Source of the DNA: Nitrososphaeria archaeon
GTDB lineage: Archaea; Thermoproteota; Nitrososphaeria; Nitrososphaerales; JARVJX01
Assembly: GCA_029775995.1 (NCBI GenBank)
Contig: JARVJX010000006.1
Span: 1 to 24,000, forward strand
Reading direction: 5' to 3'
DNA: 24,000 nucleotides
This document shows positions 11,223-21,451 of the stretch, one piece after another; positions within the stretch are counted from its first letter, which is position 1, and every line of letters begins with the position of its first letter. A model generated the notes under the pieces. It was not told where the DNA came from, did no database searches, and saw only the letters and a program-made list of their open reading frames with translations. The position numbers and the translations under genes were made by a program.

Positions 11223-11264
11223 GTCTTATTAGGCTATAGTAAATGCTTACGCGAATGTGCACGG
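11223..11264 (-). other. 5' arm of the 23S rRNA processing stem
   Basis: See 8150-8190. It is followed by a short 16S-23S spacer (11265-11339) with two perfect 9-bp hairpins: GTAATTAGC/GCTAATTAC and CCCAATAAG/CTTATTGGG. The spacer has no tRNA. Confidence 0.8.
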
Positions 11265-11339
11265 CAATCATCGTAATTAGCCAAAGCTAATTACTAGGCC
11301 CTTCACCCAATAAGTTTCCTTATTGGGCTGCATTAGAAG

Positions 11340-11368
11340 GGAGGTTATGAGTTTTTCTAAGTGCGGTC
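11340..11368 (-). other. 3' arm of the 16S rRNA processing stem (pairs with 12876-12904)
   Basis: rc(11340-11368) = GACCGCACTTAGAAAAACTCATAACCTCC. 12876-12904 = GACCGCACTTTATAGAACTCATAACCTCC. This gives 10 and 14 matched bp around a 5-nt internal mismatch. Confidence 0.8.
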
Positions 11369-11379
11369 ATGCCTTACTT

Positions 11380-12865
<1,486 letters not shown>

Positions 12866-12875
12866 CAGAGAGCAC

Positions 12876-12904
12876 GACCGCACTTTATAGAACTCATAAC
12901 CTCC
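12876..12904 (-). other. 5' arm of the 16S rRNA processing stem
   Basis: See 11340-11368. The leader at 12905-13018 holds further hairpins: GATTCAACT/AGTTGAATC, GCATACA/TGTATGC, and TGCGCAC...GTGCGCA. Confidence 0.8.
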
Positions 12905-13039
12905 TAAGATTCAACTTTATTAGTTGAATCCGCATACAATGTATGCGCACCTGGAGGTATACACCTCACAGCTAGGATTATATCCTTTAGCTTGGTGTAA
13001 ACGCCGCCTTTAGTGCGCAAATAGTAATTAGTATTAGGT

Positions 13040-13047
13040 AAATATAA
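13040..13047 (-). promoter_or_regulatory. TATA box of the rRNA operon, in a divergent promoter region shared with the aminotransferase gene
   Basis: The minus strand reads AGAAAAAGC-TTATATTT-ACC. A purine-rich BRE-like stretch precedes TTATATTT. The predicted start is about 13015-13020, at the base of the TGCGCAC leader helix. Confidence 0.4.
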
Positions 13048-13115
13048 GCTTTTTCTATAAGATTGTGTTTAACATCATCTTTAAATATTCCCCTTCTCTA
13101 CATCAATTTGATTAT

Positions 13116-14450
13116 ATGATAGATAAATGCTTGGAGTATTATAAAGAGTATACACCAAAATCTCAAGAGCTATATTTGAGGATTAAAAATTTGTTAGCTG
13201 GGGGAGTATCACATAATGTAAGATACTTCCATCCTTACCCTTTATTCATCAAGAAAGCTAAAGATCAATATCTTTGGGATGAAGATGAAAATAAATATGT
13301 TGACTTTTGGTTAGGGCATATGGCTCTTATACTAGGACATAGTCCTAAAATTGTAGTGGATGCTCTCAAAGAGCAACTTGATAATGGAACCCATTTAGGA
13401 ACAGTTAATAGATACGCTTTAGAGTTAGCTGAATTAGTTAATAGGTTAGTGCCTTGTGCTGAAATGGTAAGGTTCACCAATACTGGTAGTGAAGCTACCA
13501 TGTATGCTACAAGATTAGCAAGGGCTTATACAAACAAGAAAATGATTGTTAAGATTGAAGGAGGATGGCATGGATTTAACACAAACCTTCTTAAAAACGT
13601 TAGCTATCCCTTTGAGGAGAAGGAGAGCTTGGGCCTTTTGAATGAAGAGATAAAGTATGTAGTTAGCATACCCTTTAACAGTATAGATGAGAGTCTAAGA
13701 ATCCTAAGGAGCTTTAAGGATGATATAGCTTGTGTAATTGTTGAACCCTTACTGGGAAATGGTTGTATACCAGCTGATAAAGAGTACCTAAAGGCTTTAA
13801 GGGAGGAAACAGAAAGATTAGATTCGCTACTTATCTTTGATGAAGTTATAACAGGTTTTAGACTTTCTTTAGGAGGTGCTCAAGAATACTATGGTATTAA
13901 GCCAGATTTAGCCACTTTAGGCAAGATCTTGGGAGGAGGATTCCCCATAGGAGCCATAGTGGGAAAAAAAGAGATTATGAATTTAGCTGATCCAACTTTA
14001 AAGAGAGGGAAAAGCTTCTGCAAAATAGGGGGAGGAACCTTTTCAGAAAATCCTTTTAGCATGATTGCTGGAGCAAAGACTTTAGAGTATCTAAAGGAAA
14101 ATGGTGAAGTTTATGATAAATTGAATGGTTATGGAAATAAAATTAGAAAAGATATAAAAAAGGTCTTTGAAGATGAAGGATTAAAGGCTGAAGCTACAGG
14201 ATTAACCTCTTTATTTTTATTTCACTTCTTAAAGGATGATCAGCAGGCTATAAAATCAGCCAAAGATTTTGCTTTATCAAATAGGGAGCTAACCGAAAGA
14301 TTCTTCTTCAGCTTAATGGCTAAATATAGGCTCTACTTCTTACCTGGACATACTGCTTCTATCTGCTCTGCTCATACCAAAGAGGATATAGATTATCTTA
14401 TCTCTTCCTGTGTAGAATTGATTAAAGAGATAAAGGAGAATAAGGGTTAA
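13116..14450 (+). CDS. class III PLP aminotransferase, glutamate-1-semialdehyde aminomutase (HemL)-like paralog
   Basis: Motifs: GGVSHNVRYF...YLWDEDENKYVDF, TNTGSEATMYATRLARAYT, GGWHG, DEVITGFR, and PDLATLGKILGGGFPIGA (PLP lysine). The track ORF starts at GTG 13065. ATG 13116 gives the usual roughly 28 residues before the GGV motif, so I prefer it. Confidence 0.85.
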   Translation: MIDKCLEYYKEYTPKSQELYLRIKNLLAGGVSHNVRYFHPYPLFIKKAKDQYLWDEDENKYVDFWLGHMALILGHSPKIVVDALKEQLDNGTHLGTVNRYALELAELVNRLVPCAEMVRFTNTGSEATMYATRLARAYTNKKMIVKIEGGWHGFNTNLLKNVSYPFEEKESLGLLNEEIKYVVSIPFNSIDESLRILRSFKDDIACVIVEPLLGNGCIPADKEYLKALREETERLDSLLIFDEVITGFRLSLGGAQEYYGIKPDLATLGKILGGGFPIGAIVGKKEIMNLADPTLKRGKSFCKIGGGTFSENPFSMIAGAKTLEYLKENGEVYDKLNGYGNKIRKDIKKVFEDEGLKAEATGLTSLFLFHFLKDDQQAIKSAKDFALSNRELTERFFFSLMAKYRLYFLPGHTASICSAHTKEDIDYLISSCVELIKEIKENKG

Positions 14451-14727
14451 AGTTTACAATCTTATCTATTTAATATTCTTAAACCTCTGTTAGCTGCTCA
14501 TCCTCATGTTAGCTCTTATAACTATGCTCTTAATTTTCAATCAATTGTCAATCAGATAGGAGGGAAAGTTTTAGATGTTTGTATGCATGTATATGCAAAG
14601 ATAAAAAGCACTATATAGTACAGCATTTGGATCTTTAAAAAGCTCTAAAGCCTTGAAAGTTAAGCTCCTCTAGTGAGCCCATATCTTAACAGATAAATTT
14701 TTTATCTTTCCTTTCCTTTTTCTTCTG

Positions 14728-15147
14728 ATGCCTGTACTAACAAAAGAATTTTACCTTGAAACTGAGGGTGAAACCCATATAATTAACATTACCGATTATG
14801 TACAGAGGATTATAAAGGATTGTGGCTTGAAGGATGGTATAGTATGCTTATTTGTTCCAGGTTCCACAGGAGCCCTAACTACCATCGAATACGAACCAGG
14901 ATTGTTAAAGGATTTACCAAGAGCTTTAGAAAAGATTGCTCCAAGGGAGGCTTACTATGAGCATGAGAAGATGTGGCATGATGGAAATGGACATAGTCAT
15001 GTTAGAGCCTCTATAATTGGCCCATGCTTAACTATACCCTTTGTTAATGGGAATCTTACTTTAGGAACTTGGCAGCAAATAGTCTTTTTAGAGCTTGACG
15101 TAAGAGCTAGAAGAAGGAGAATAATAGTTCAGATAGTGGGGGATTAA
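14728..15147 (+). CDS. YjbQ/UPF0047 family protein (secondary thiamine-phosphate synthase family)
   Basis: 139 aa. Motifs: INITDYV, GIVCLFVPGSTGALTTIEYEPGL, HSHVRASIIGPCLTIPF, and LTLGTWQQIVFLELD. Confidence 0.9.
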   Translation: MPVLTKEFYLETEGETHIINITDYVQRIIKDCGLKDGIVCLFVPGSTGALTTIEYEPGLLKDLPRALEKIAPREAYYEHEKMWHDGNGHSHVRASIIGPCLTIPFVNGNLTLGTWQQIVFLELDVRARRRRIIVQIVGD

Positions 15148-16505
15148 ATCATCAGAGCAATCACAAAGTCGTTAACATTAGTACCTGTAGGTCCAGTAAA
15201 GATGCAATCCCCTAACCTTTTAAAGAAGGTATAGGAATCGTTATTATTTAGATATTCTAAGGGTTCTAAACCTAATTTATTGGCTCTTAGAAGTGTTTTA
15301 CCATCTATCATGGCTCCAGCAGCATCACTGGAACCATCTATACCATCGCTCCCCATAGATGCTAAAGCCATACCATCCATACCATCAATTTCAAAGCTAC
15401 AGGATAAGGCTAACTCCTGATTTCTCCCTCCCTTTCCTTTACCTTTTACCGTTACTGTGGTTTCTCCTCCCAACAAGAGGGCAAAGGGTCTCTTCGGTGA
15501 TGCTTCTTGAATTAAAGAGCCTATAAAGGTCCCTATCTCCCTTGCCTCCCCCTTCATTGAAGAGGTTAATAGTTCGGTCTTTATACCTTTACTTTGTAAG
15601 AAACTCTTTGCCTTTAACAATGAAATTCTGTTATTTCCAATTATAATGTTGTGAACTTTCTTAAAGCACTCATCCTCTTCCTTTGGTGTTTCTTCTATTT
15701 CCCCTCTTAAGCCTCTAATAAATATATCCTTCACTTTCTCATGAACACCATCCCACATCTTATATTTTTTCAATACGTTTATGGCATCCTGAAAGGTGGT
15801 TCTATCAGGGCTGGTAGGACCTGAAGCTATCGTATCTAATCTATCTCCCACAACATCGGAGATTATAAGGGATATTACGGTAGCTGGATAAGCTCTTTTT
15901 GCTAGCCAGCCTCCTTTAATTTGTGAGAGATGCTTTCTAACGGTATTTAACTCATATATATTTGCCCCTCTCTCCATGAGCTCTAAAGTTAAATTTCCTT
16001 TTTCTTCGATACTTAAGCCTTCTATGGGCATGGGTAAAAGGCTAGAACCTCCCCCAGATATAAGGCATACCACCAAATCCCTAGGAGTTAAATCCTTTAG
16101 AAGCTTTAACATAAGTCTAACTCCTTTAACCCCTTTTTCAGTAGCTTTTGGATGAGTAGCTTCTAAAAGCCTAATCCTTTTTGTGGTAAACTTATTTATA
16201 ATTCCTTCAGGAACATTAATATAGCCTGCTTCAATCTTATCCCCCAAAATTTGCTCTAAAGCTTCAGCCATGGCCCCTGATGCCTTTCCTCCACCAATCA
16301 CTACTATCCTATCAAAATCAAAAAGGGAGAACTCTTTATCCTGGACTATAAGCTTATTGTTCTGAAGCTTAACACTATTCTTCACAATAGATTTGGGGTC
16401 AGCAGCCTTAAAGGCTTCCACTAAAGCATCAAGAACCAATTCTCTTGCTAACCTATCTTTATCGTTCAAAGCATTTTTTATGAGTTCATCTCTATTCTTT
16501 ATCAT
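15144..16505 (-). CDS. glycerate 2-kinase (MOFRL / DUF4147 family)
   Basis: Motifs: VIGGGKASGAMAEALE, LISGGGSSLL, RKHLSQIKGG, ISDVVGD, LLGGETTV, GKGGRNQELAL, and GSDGIDGSSDAAGA. The track ORF begins at 16577. I prefer ATG 16505 (MIKNRDELI...), because the extension is low-complexity and overlaps the small ORF at 16553-16705. Confidence 0.85.
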   Translation of the reverse strand: MIKNRDELIKNALNDKDRLARELVLDALVEAFKAADPKSIVKNSVKLQNNKLIVQDKEFSLFDFDRIVVIGGGKASGAMAEALEQILGDKIEAGYINVPEGIINKFTTKRIRLLEATHPKATEKGVKGVRLMLKLLKDLTPRDLVVCLISGGGSSLLPMPIEGLSIEEKGNLTLELMERGANIYELNTVRKHLSQIKGGWLAKRAYPATVISLIISDVVGDRLDTIASGPTSPDRTTFQDAINVLKKYKMWDGVHEKVKDIFIRGLRGEIEETPKEEDECFKKVHNIIIGNNRISLLKAKSFLQSKGIKTELLTSSMKGEAREIGTFIGSLIQEASPKRPFALLLGGETTVTVKGKGKGGRNQELALSCSFEIDGMDGMALASMGSDGIDGSSDAAGAMIDGKTLLRANKLGLEPLEYLNNNDSYTFFKRLGDCIFTGPTGTNVNDFVIALMI

Positions 16506-16552
16506 CTTTCTTACCTTTTTTATGAAAATTTTGAAGAATTTTGCTCCTTTTA

Positions 16553-16705
16553 CTAAATTTCCAACCTTTCTGCACATTCTTTATGATAGGGTAAGCCATT
16601 TTTCCATACAGTGTCCTTTGAGTAGGCTAATATAGCAATCCCACAGTAAGTGCAGTGAGTTAAGACATCTTCAAAATGATCTTCGTGGGCTATATGAGCA
16701 GCCAT
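16553..16705 (-). CDS. small (50 aa) zinc-finger protein, below the 60-aa cutoff of the ORF track
   Basis: Hand translation: MAAHIAHEDHFEDVLTHCTYCGIAILAYSKDTVWKNGLPYHKECAERLEI, with stop TAG at 16555-16553. It has a C-x2-C-x19-H-x2-C motif. ATG lies about 30 nt downstream of a minus-strand AAAATTAAAT TATA-like box, and the ORF ends 47 nt upstream of the glycerate kinase ATG. Confidence 0.4.
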   Translation of the reverse strand: MAAHIAHEDHFEDVLTHCTYCGIAILAYSKDTVWKNGLPYHKECAERLEI

Positions 16706-16791
16706 ACACTATAGGATAGAAAAGGAACCATTTAATTTTTACCTAGAAATCAATTTTCAAATTTATATCCTAAGATTATGTAAGGGTAAGC

Positions 16792-18165
16792 ATGTATGAC
16801 CTTATCATCATAGGGGCTGGACCTGGAGGTTATGTATCAGCCTTAAAAGCTTCTCAATTGGGAGCAAAGGTCCTATTAATTGAAAAGGATAAAGTGGGGG
16901 GAGTTTGCACAAATATGGGGTGCATACCTACAAAGACCTTATTGCATGCAGCAGAAATTATTCATGAGATTCATAAAGCTAAGGAATTTGGAATAGTGGC
17001 CAATTTAAGTTTTGATTATTCTTCACTCATGAAAAAGAAAGAGGAAATCGTCTCAAAATTAAGGAATGGTATAGAGTACTTGCTTAAGGCTAATCAAGTT
17101 CATCTGGTTTACGGTTTAGGTAGGATTAAGGATAATCATACTGTTAAGGTTTCTTCAAAGGGTGAGGAAAAGACCTTTGAGGGTAAGAGCATGGTGATAG
17201 CTTCAGGCTCTTCACCCTTTAAGCCTCCTATTAAAGGAATAGATGAAAAAGGTGTAATAACTAGTGAAGAAGCTTTGAGTTTAGAAAAGCTCCCTAATAG
17301 CATAATTATAGCTGGGGGGGGAGCAGAAGGTTGCGAGTTTGCTACTATATATTCGAGCCTAGGGGTCGATGTTACAATAATTGAAATGCTTCCTAATTTA
17401 TTACCGAATGAGGATAGAGAAATAGGATTGAGGTTAAAGGCCCTTTTAGAGAGAAAGGGGGTTAAAGTGTTAACAAACTCAAAGATTCAAAAAATTGAAG
17501 GGAAGGAAGGGGAAAAGAAGGTGATAATTGAAGATGGGAGGGAGATAAAGGGCGAATTGGTTATATTAGGCTTAGGAAGAAAGCCAAATAGTGATTCTTT
17601 AGGTTTAGAGAATTTGGGTATACAAACTCTTAAGGGTAGAATAGTGGTAAATGATAAAATGGAAACAAATGTAAAGGGAATCTATGCCATAGGGGATGTT
17701 ACAGGGGGAGGCTTTGCCCATGAGGCCATGGAAGAAGGTATAATTGCTGTAAAAAACATAATGAATAAAGACGGTAAAATGGACCATGCCTTAATACCAA
17801 GATGTATTTATACGATCCCAGAAGTAGCATCCATAGGCTTAAGAGAGGAAGATGCTAAGGCTAAAGGCTACAATATTTCCCTTGGTAGATTCAGTTTTTC
17901 GGCCAATGGTAGGGCTTCAACCATGGGCGAAAGGGAGGGTTTTGTTAAGGTTATATTAGATAGGGATAGGGAAGAGATTTTAGGGGTCCATATGCTAGGA
18001 GCAAGAGTTTCAGAGTTGATAATACAGGTATCTTTACTCATGAGAATTGGTAAAGATTCAGATTTTATATCAGAAGCCATTTATCCTCATCCTACTTTAG
18101 GGGAAGCCCTCAAAGAAGCCCTATTGGATGCTAAGGGTCAAGCAATTCATAAAGTCAGAATCTAA
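16792..18165 (+). CDS. lpd: dihydrolipoyl (dihydrolipoamide) dehydrogenase, E3-type class I disulfide oxidoreductase
   Basis: 457 aa. Motifs: IIIGAGPGGY, redox-active GGVCTNMGCIPTK, a second GGGAEGCEFA NAD fold, AIGDV, and C-terminal HPHPTLGEA. TATA-like ATTTATATCC lies about 25 nt upstream, so the gene is near-leaderless. No E1 or E2 genes are in the window. Confidence 0.9.
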   Translation: MYDLIIIGAGPGGYVSALKASQLGAKVLLIEKDKVGGVCTNMGCIPTKTLLHAAEIIHEIHKAKEFGIVANLSFDYSSLMKKKEEIVSKLRNGIEYLLKANQVHLVYGLGRIKDNHTVKVSSKGEEKTFEGKSMVIASGSSPFKPPIKGIDEKGVITSEEALSLEKLPNSIIIAGGGAEGCEFATIYSSLGVDVTIIEMLPNLLPNEDREIGLRLKALLERKGVKVLTNSKIQKIEGKEGEKKVIIEDGREIKGELVILGLGRKPNSDSLGLENLGIQTLKGRIVVNDKMETNVKGIYAIGDVTGGGFAHEAMEEGIIAVKNIMNKDGKMDHALIPRCIYTIPEVASIGLREEDAKAKGYNISLGRFSFSANGRASTMGEREGFVKVILDRDREEILGVHMLGARVSELIIQVSLLMRIGKDSDFISEAIYPHPTLGEALKEALLDAKGQAIHKVRI

Positions 18166-18601
18166 TCTGTAATCAGCTATGGGTTAAGATAGATGTTGTT
18201 AAGAGGGGTTATTACCAATCAGAAAGAAAAAGAACATACATCTGTTGAGAAAGATCGATGATGCCCTACCTATGGTCCACTATCTGGTAAAAGCTAAGCC
18301 AAAAGGAAGAGGTATTAGTTGATTTGGAAATTTGAAAAAGATTTTGGATAGAGGGGAGAGGGAAATTTCTAGAATTGAACCCTTTGGAAAGCATATAAGT
18401 GAAGTTTTAAGGAAGGCTAAGAGGAATACAAAGGGTTGGGTTATATTAGAAGAAATGCGCTTCTGTAATCCTCCTCTTAAGGAAGAATTGTTTTGTTTTA
18501 GAGAAAATTTTTGATGATATTGTTGTAATAAAGGTGAGTAAAGATAGGAGTGAAGGAAGATAGAAGAGTCACCTACCTTATGGTAGTTACAATATATAAT
18601 A

Positions 18602-19249
18602 CTAACGAATAACTTTACTCTTTTTCTTCTCACTTAGGGTAGACCAAGCAGCAGCTAAAGCTCCATATTCTGCATCTTTACTATCTCTCCCACCAGCTAT
18701 GATTATCACATCATCTTCTTTGGGAGAAAGAATTTCTCTTAATTTTATCCATATACCGTTTGGGTATCTCTTCTCACAATCCTCCTTTTCTCCTGCCATG
18801 TAAAATTTATCCCCTTTATAAACTAGTGTAATAGCCCCTGTAGCTCCAGCTCTAACAGCAGCATCTCTTTGTTCTAAGCCTAAGCTAATCTTTGAGGAAG
18901 CCTTTCTAATTAGCAAAGCAAAATTTTGCTTATCTAATGCTAACTTTCCTCCCTTAATAAAACTCATTTTAGGAATTTTTGCCTTTATCTTCTTGTATAT
19001 TTTAAAACCTTTATCTTTAAGCTTACATCCTTTCTTATCTATCTCTATCCATTCAGCTTTTCTCATCCTATCTATTAAAGTTCTAACAGCCCCATCTCCT
19101 ATACTAAGCTCCTTAGCTAACTTGCTTCTGCTAAGGTAAACTTTATCTCCTAAGAGGAGGAGAGCCTTTATTATATGAAAAACATTAAAGGTTATGGCTG
19201 GACCTGGGTATCTTTCTTGAAGTAAATAAATTATATCAGAAAGACTCAC
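18602..19249 (-). CDS. winged-HTH protein with an uncharacterised C-terminal domain (archaeal DUF4443-like, from memory)
   Basis: 215 aa with a GTG start. The N-terminal part LSRSKLAKELSIGDGAVRTLIDRMRKAEWIE is a typical wHTH. The C-terminal part includes EQRDAAVRAGATGAITLVY...IIAGGRD. The family name is a recollection and has not been verified. Confidence 0.6.
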   Translation of the reverse strand: MSLSDIIYLLQERYPGPAITFNVFHIIKALLLLGDKVYLSRSKLAKELSIGDGAVRTLIDRMRKAEWIEIDKKGCKLKDKGFKIYKKIKAKIPKMSFIKGGKLALDKQNFALLIRKASSKISLGLEQRDAAVRAGATGAITLVYKGDKFYMAGEKEDCEKRYPNGIWIKLREILSPKEDDVIIIAGGRDSKDAEYGALAAAWSTLSEKKKSKVIR

Positions 19250-19412
19250 ATTTTTTCTTACAAAAAGAAACTTAAAAACCTATAGATTTTTAAGAAGGAT
19301 CCAGTTAAGCTTTACATTCCTTTGCCATCACGGTCTTTGTTCAAACCCTTATCCTGACATTATCTTTAAGAAAGTTAAATAAGCTATAGAAGAAGTAAGA
19401 TTAGAAGAGAAG

Positions 19413-20258
19413 TTGGATATAAAGGCTTTTATAAGCTTGATGAGACCCATCAATTCAGTAATGGTGGGCTTTGCAGTTATAGTGGGGGCTTTAATAGCTA
19501 ACCCCTTTAACCTATCTTTAAAAAATTTGGTTTTGGGTTTTTTAACAGGCTTTCTAATTTCTTCTTACTCTATGGTTATAAATGATTACTATGATTTTGA
19601 AGTGGATAAAGTAAATAATCCCAATAGACCCTTCCCAAGGGGTAAAGTTAGTAGAATAGAAGGTATTGCATTTGGTATGGTGCTATTAATCTTAGGTATT
19701 TTATCTTCTCTTCTAATAAGCGTTGAGACCCTTATCCTAGCTTCATTATTTGCTCTTTTGGCTTGGCTATACAATTGGAAGGTTAAAAAATTTGGTCTTT
19801 TTGGAAACTCTATAGTTTCTCTATCAGTTGCTATACCTTATATTTATGGAGGAATAGCCGTTAATACCTTTGACAATAAACTTTTATGGTTCTTAGCTCT
19901 AACATCCTTTTTAGCAAGTATGGGAAGAGAGGTTATAAAGGGTATAAATGATGTTAAGGGAGATACCTTAAGAAATATAAATTCTATTGCAAGGGTTAAA
20001 GGTGAAAGGTTTGCTTCAAGACTTGGAATCTCTTTCTTTCTTCTTGCCATTTTATCAACCTCTTTCCCCTTAATCTTTAATTTAGTAGGAATAGTATTTT
20101 TGGTGATGGTTATGATACCCAATTTGCTATTCATCTATTTATCCCTATCCATATTCAGGGATTTTAGTGTTAATAATACTAAGAGGGTTAAGAATTTAGC
20201 CCTTTTAGGAATGGCTTTGGGGCTTTTAGCCTTCATAATAGGAGGTTTGGTAAAGTAA
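19413..20258 (+). CDS. UbiA-family prenyltransferase, likely digeranylgeranylglyceryl phosphate (DGGGP) synthase
   Basis: 281 aa and polytopic. It has the Asp-rich motifs NDYYDFEVDKVN and NDVKGD. The N-terminal IKAFISLMRPIN matches the family's conserved start and lies upstream of the first ATG (19440), which supports the TTG start at 19413. Confidence 0.85.
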   Translation: MDIKAFISLMRPINSVMVGFAVIVGALIANPFNLSLKNLVLGFLTGFLISSYSMVINDYYDFEVDKVNNPNRPFPRGKVSRIEGIAFGMVLLILGILSSLLISVETLILASLFALLAWLYNWKVKKFGLFGNSIVSLSVAIPYIYGGIAVNTFDNKLLWFLALTSFLASMGREVIKGINDVKGDTLRNINSIARVKGERFASRLGISFFLLAILSTSFPLIFNLVGIVFLVMVMIPNLLFIYLSLSIFRDFSVNNTKRVKNLALLGMALGLLAFIIGGLVK

Positions 20259-21451
20259 TGCTTTGGGCTGAGAAGTATAGACCAGATAATCCCTTTCAGT
20301 TAGTGGGTAATGAAGAAGTTAGATTAGAATTTATTAAATGGCTTAAAAATTGGAAGGAGAATTCTAAGGCAGCTTTATTAATAGGCCCCCCTGGAATAGG
20401 TAAAACTACCTTAGTTTATGCCTGTGCAAAATTTCTTAAATATAAGGTTCTGGAGCTTAATGCCAGTGATGTTAGAACCAAAGGTAAATTGGAAATTTTT
20501 TTGAAGCCAGGCTTAATTTACTCAAACCTTTTCGGAGAAAAAGCTTTTGCCTTTCTAGATGAGGTAGATGGAATATATGGTAAGCAGGATTATGGTGGTT
20601 TAGAATTTCTTTTAGAGGCTCTAAAGTTCAGTAAGGTTCCTATGGTTTTTGCAGCTAATAAAGAGGATGAGAGAATAAAGAAGTTAGCAAGCCATTGTGA
20701 AGTCTTTCGAATGAAGAAGATTGCTCCTAGGCTCATAGAAATTTACTTGAGGCATGTATTAAAGAGAGAAGGATTGGAGGGTGATGATGGGCTAATAAGA
20801 GAGGTGGTAAAGAGTTGTGAAGGTGATTTGAGAAGTGCTTTAAACAATTTACAGTTAGCTATGGCTAACAAGAGTACTGAAGGACTTTTAACTCCTTCAG
20901 TTCAATTTCCTTTAGAGGAAGGTATAACAAAGTTCTTTCAGGCTAAAGATATTTATGAGGCTTATGAAATTTTATCTAGCATTAAGGCAGAACCTATGGA
21001 TAAGCTCAGAGCTTTATATAATACTCTGATTGTAAGTGAGCTTCCTTTGGATTTAAAGCTTGAATCTTTAAAGGTATTAAGTTACGCTGATGAACTTTTG
21101 AACAGAATTTTAAAGACCCAAGAATGGAGGCAGCTAAAATACCTCGATAGGCTTTTAGCCTTCGGATTAAATAACCTTTTGAAGGGTTATACTTTAAGCT
21201 ATAGAGAAGATAGCCTATCCTGGCCTTTAAAGCTGAGAATCTGGAACGATTCTAAAAATTTGAGGGATTTAGCCCTATACCTTTCAAAGCAATTTCATGT
21301 ATCTAGCAAGGATTTCCTAGCTTTCTATCTCCCCCTTATGATAGTTTTGTTCAAGAAGAAGCGCTTAGAGGATATGTTTAGAGCCTTAGGATTAACTGAA
21401 AATATGATTAAAGCTATAAATAAGGAGGCTAAGAGTTTAGAGGTAGATTAG
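20258..21451 (+). CDS. rfcL: replication factor C large subunit
   Basis: 397 aa. Motifs: LWAEKYRP, Walker A GPPGIGKTT, ELNASD, Walker B FLDEVD, and SCEGDLRSALNNLQ. ATG overlaps the upstream stop (TAATG at 20256-20260), and GGAGGT lies 14 nt upstream. Confidence 0.9.
   Translation: MLWAEKYRPDNPFQLVGNEEVRLEFIKWLKNWKENSKAALLIGPPGIGKTTLVYACAKFLKYKVLELNASDVRTKGKLEIFLKPGLIYSNLFGEKAFAFLDEVDGIYGKQDYGGLEFLLEALKFSKVPMVFAANKEDERIKKLASHCEVFRMKKIAPRLIEIYLRHVLKREGLEGDDGLIREVVKSCEGDLRSALNNLQLAMANKSTEGLLTPSVQFPLEEGITKFFQAKDIYEAYEILSSIKAEPMDKLRALYNTLIVSELPLDLKLESLKVLSYADELLNRILKTQEWRQLKYLDRLLAFGLNNLLKGYTLSYREDSLSWPLKLRIWNDSKNLRDLALYLSKQFHVSSKDFLAFYLPLMIVLFKKKRLEDMFRALGLTENMIKAINKEAKSLEVD

Noticed and set aside
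14451-14727. Short repeats in the aminotransferase/YjbQ spacer: TGTTAGCT at 14488 and 14507, and the near-palindrome TGCATGTATATGCA.
   Set aside because: The direct repeat is only 8 nt and the palindrome is imperfect. Neither has supporting context.
18254-18290. C/D-box sRNA candidates: GATGATGC at about 18257-18264, TTGATGA at about 18511, and TTGATGAG at about 21872.
   Set aside because: None has a properly spaced D box (CTGA) or terminal stem. The C-box-like strings alone are expected by chance.
18265-18584. Imperfect direct repeat CCTACCTATGGT (18265-18276) / CCTACCTTATGGT (18572-18584), considered as att sites or a target-site duplication bracketing an insertion.
   Set aside because: It is only 12-13 nt with an indel. 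Chance occurrence in 24 kb is plausible, and nothing integrase-like lies between the copies.
18280-18633. A 117-aa minus-strand ORF and a 60-aa plus-strand ORF (18332-18514) in the lpd/wHTH spacer.
   Set aside because: The 117-aa frame overlaps the 3' end of the wHTH gene and has an implausible composition. The 60-aa frame needs a TTG start and has no recognisable motif. Neither is reported as a feature, and the region is listed as an open question instead.
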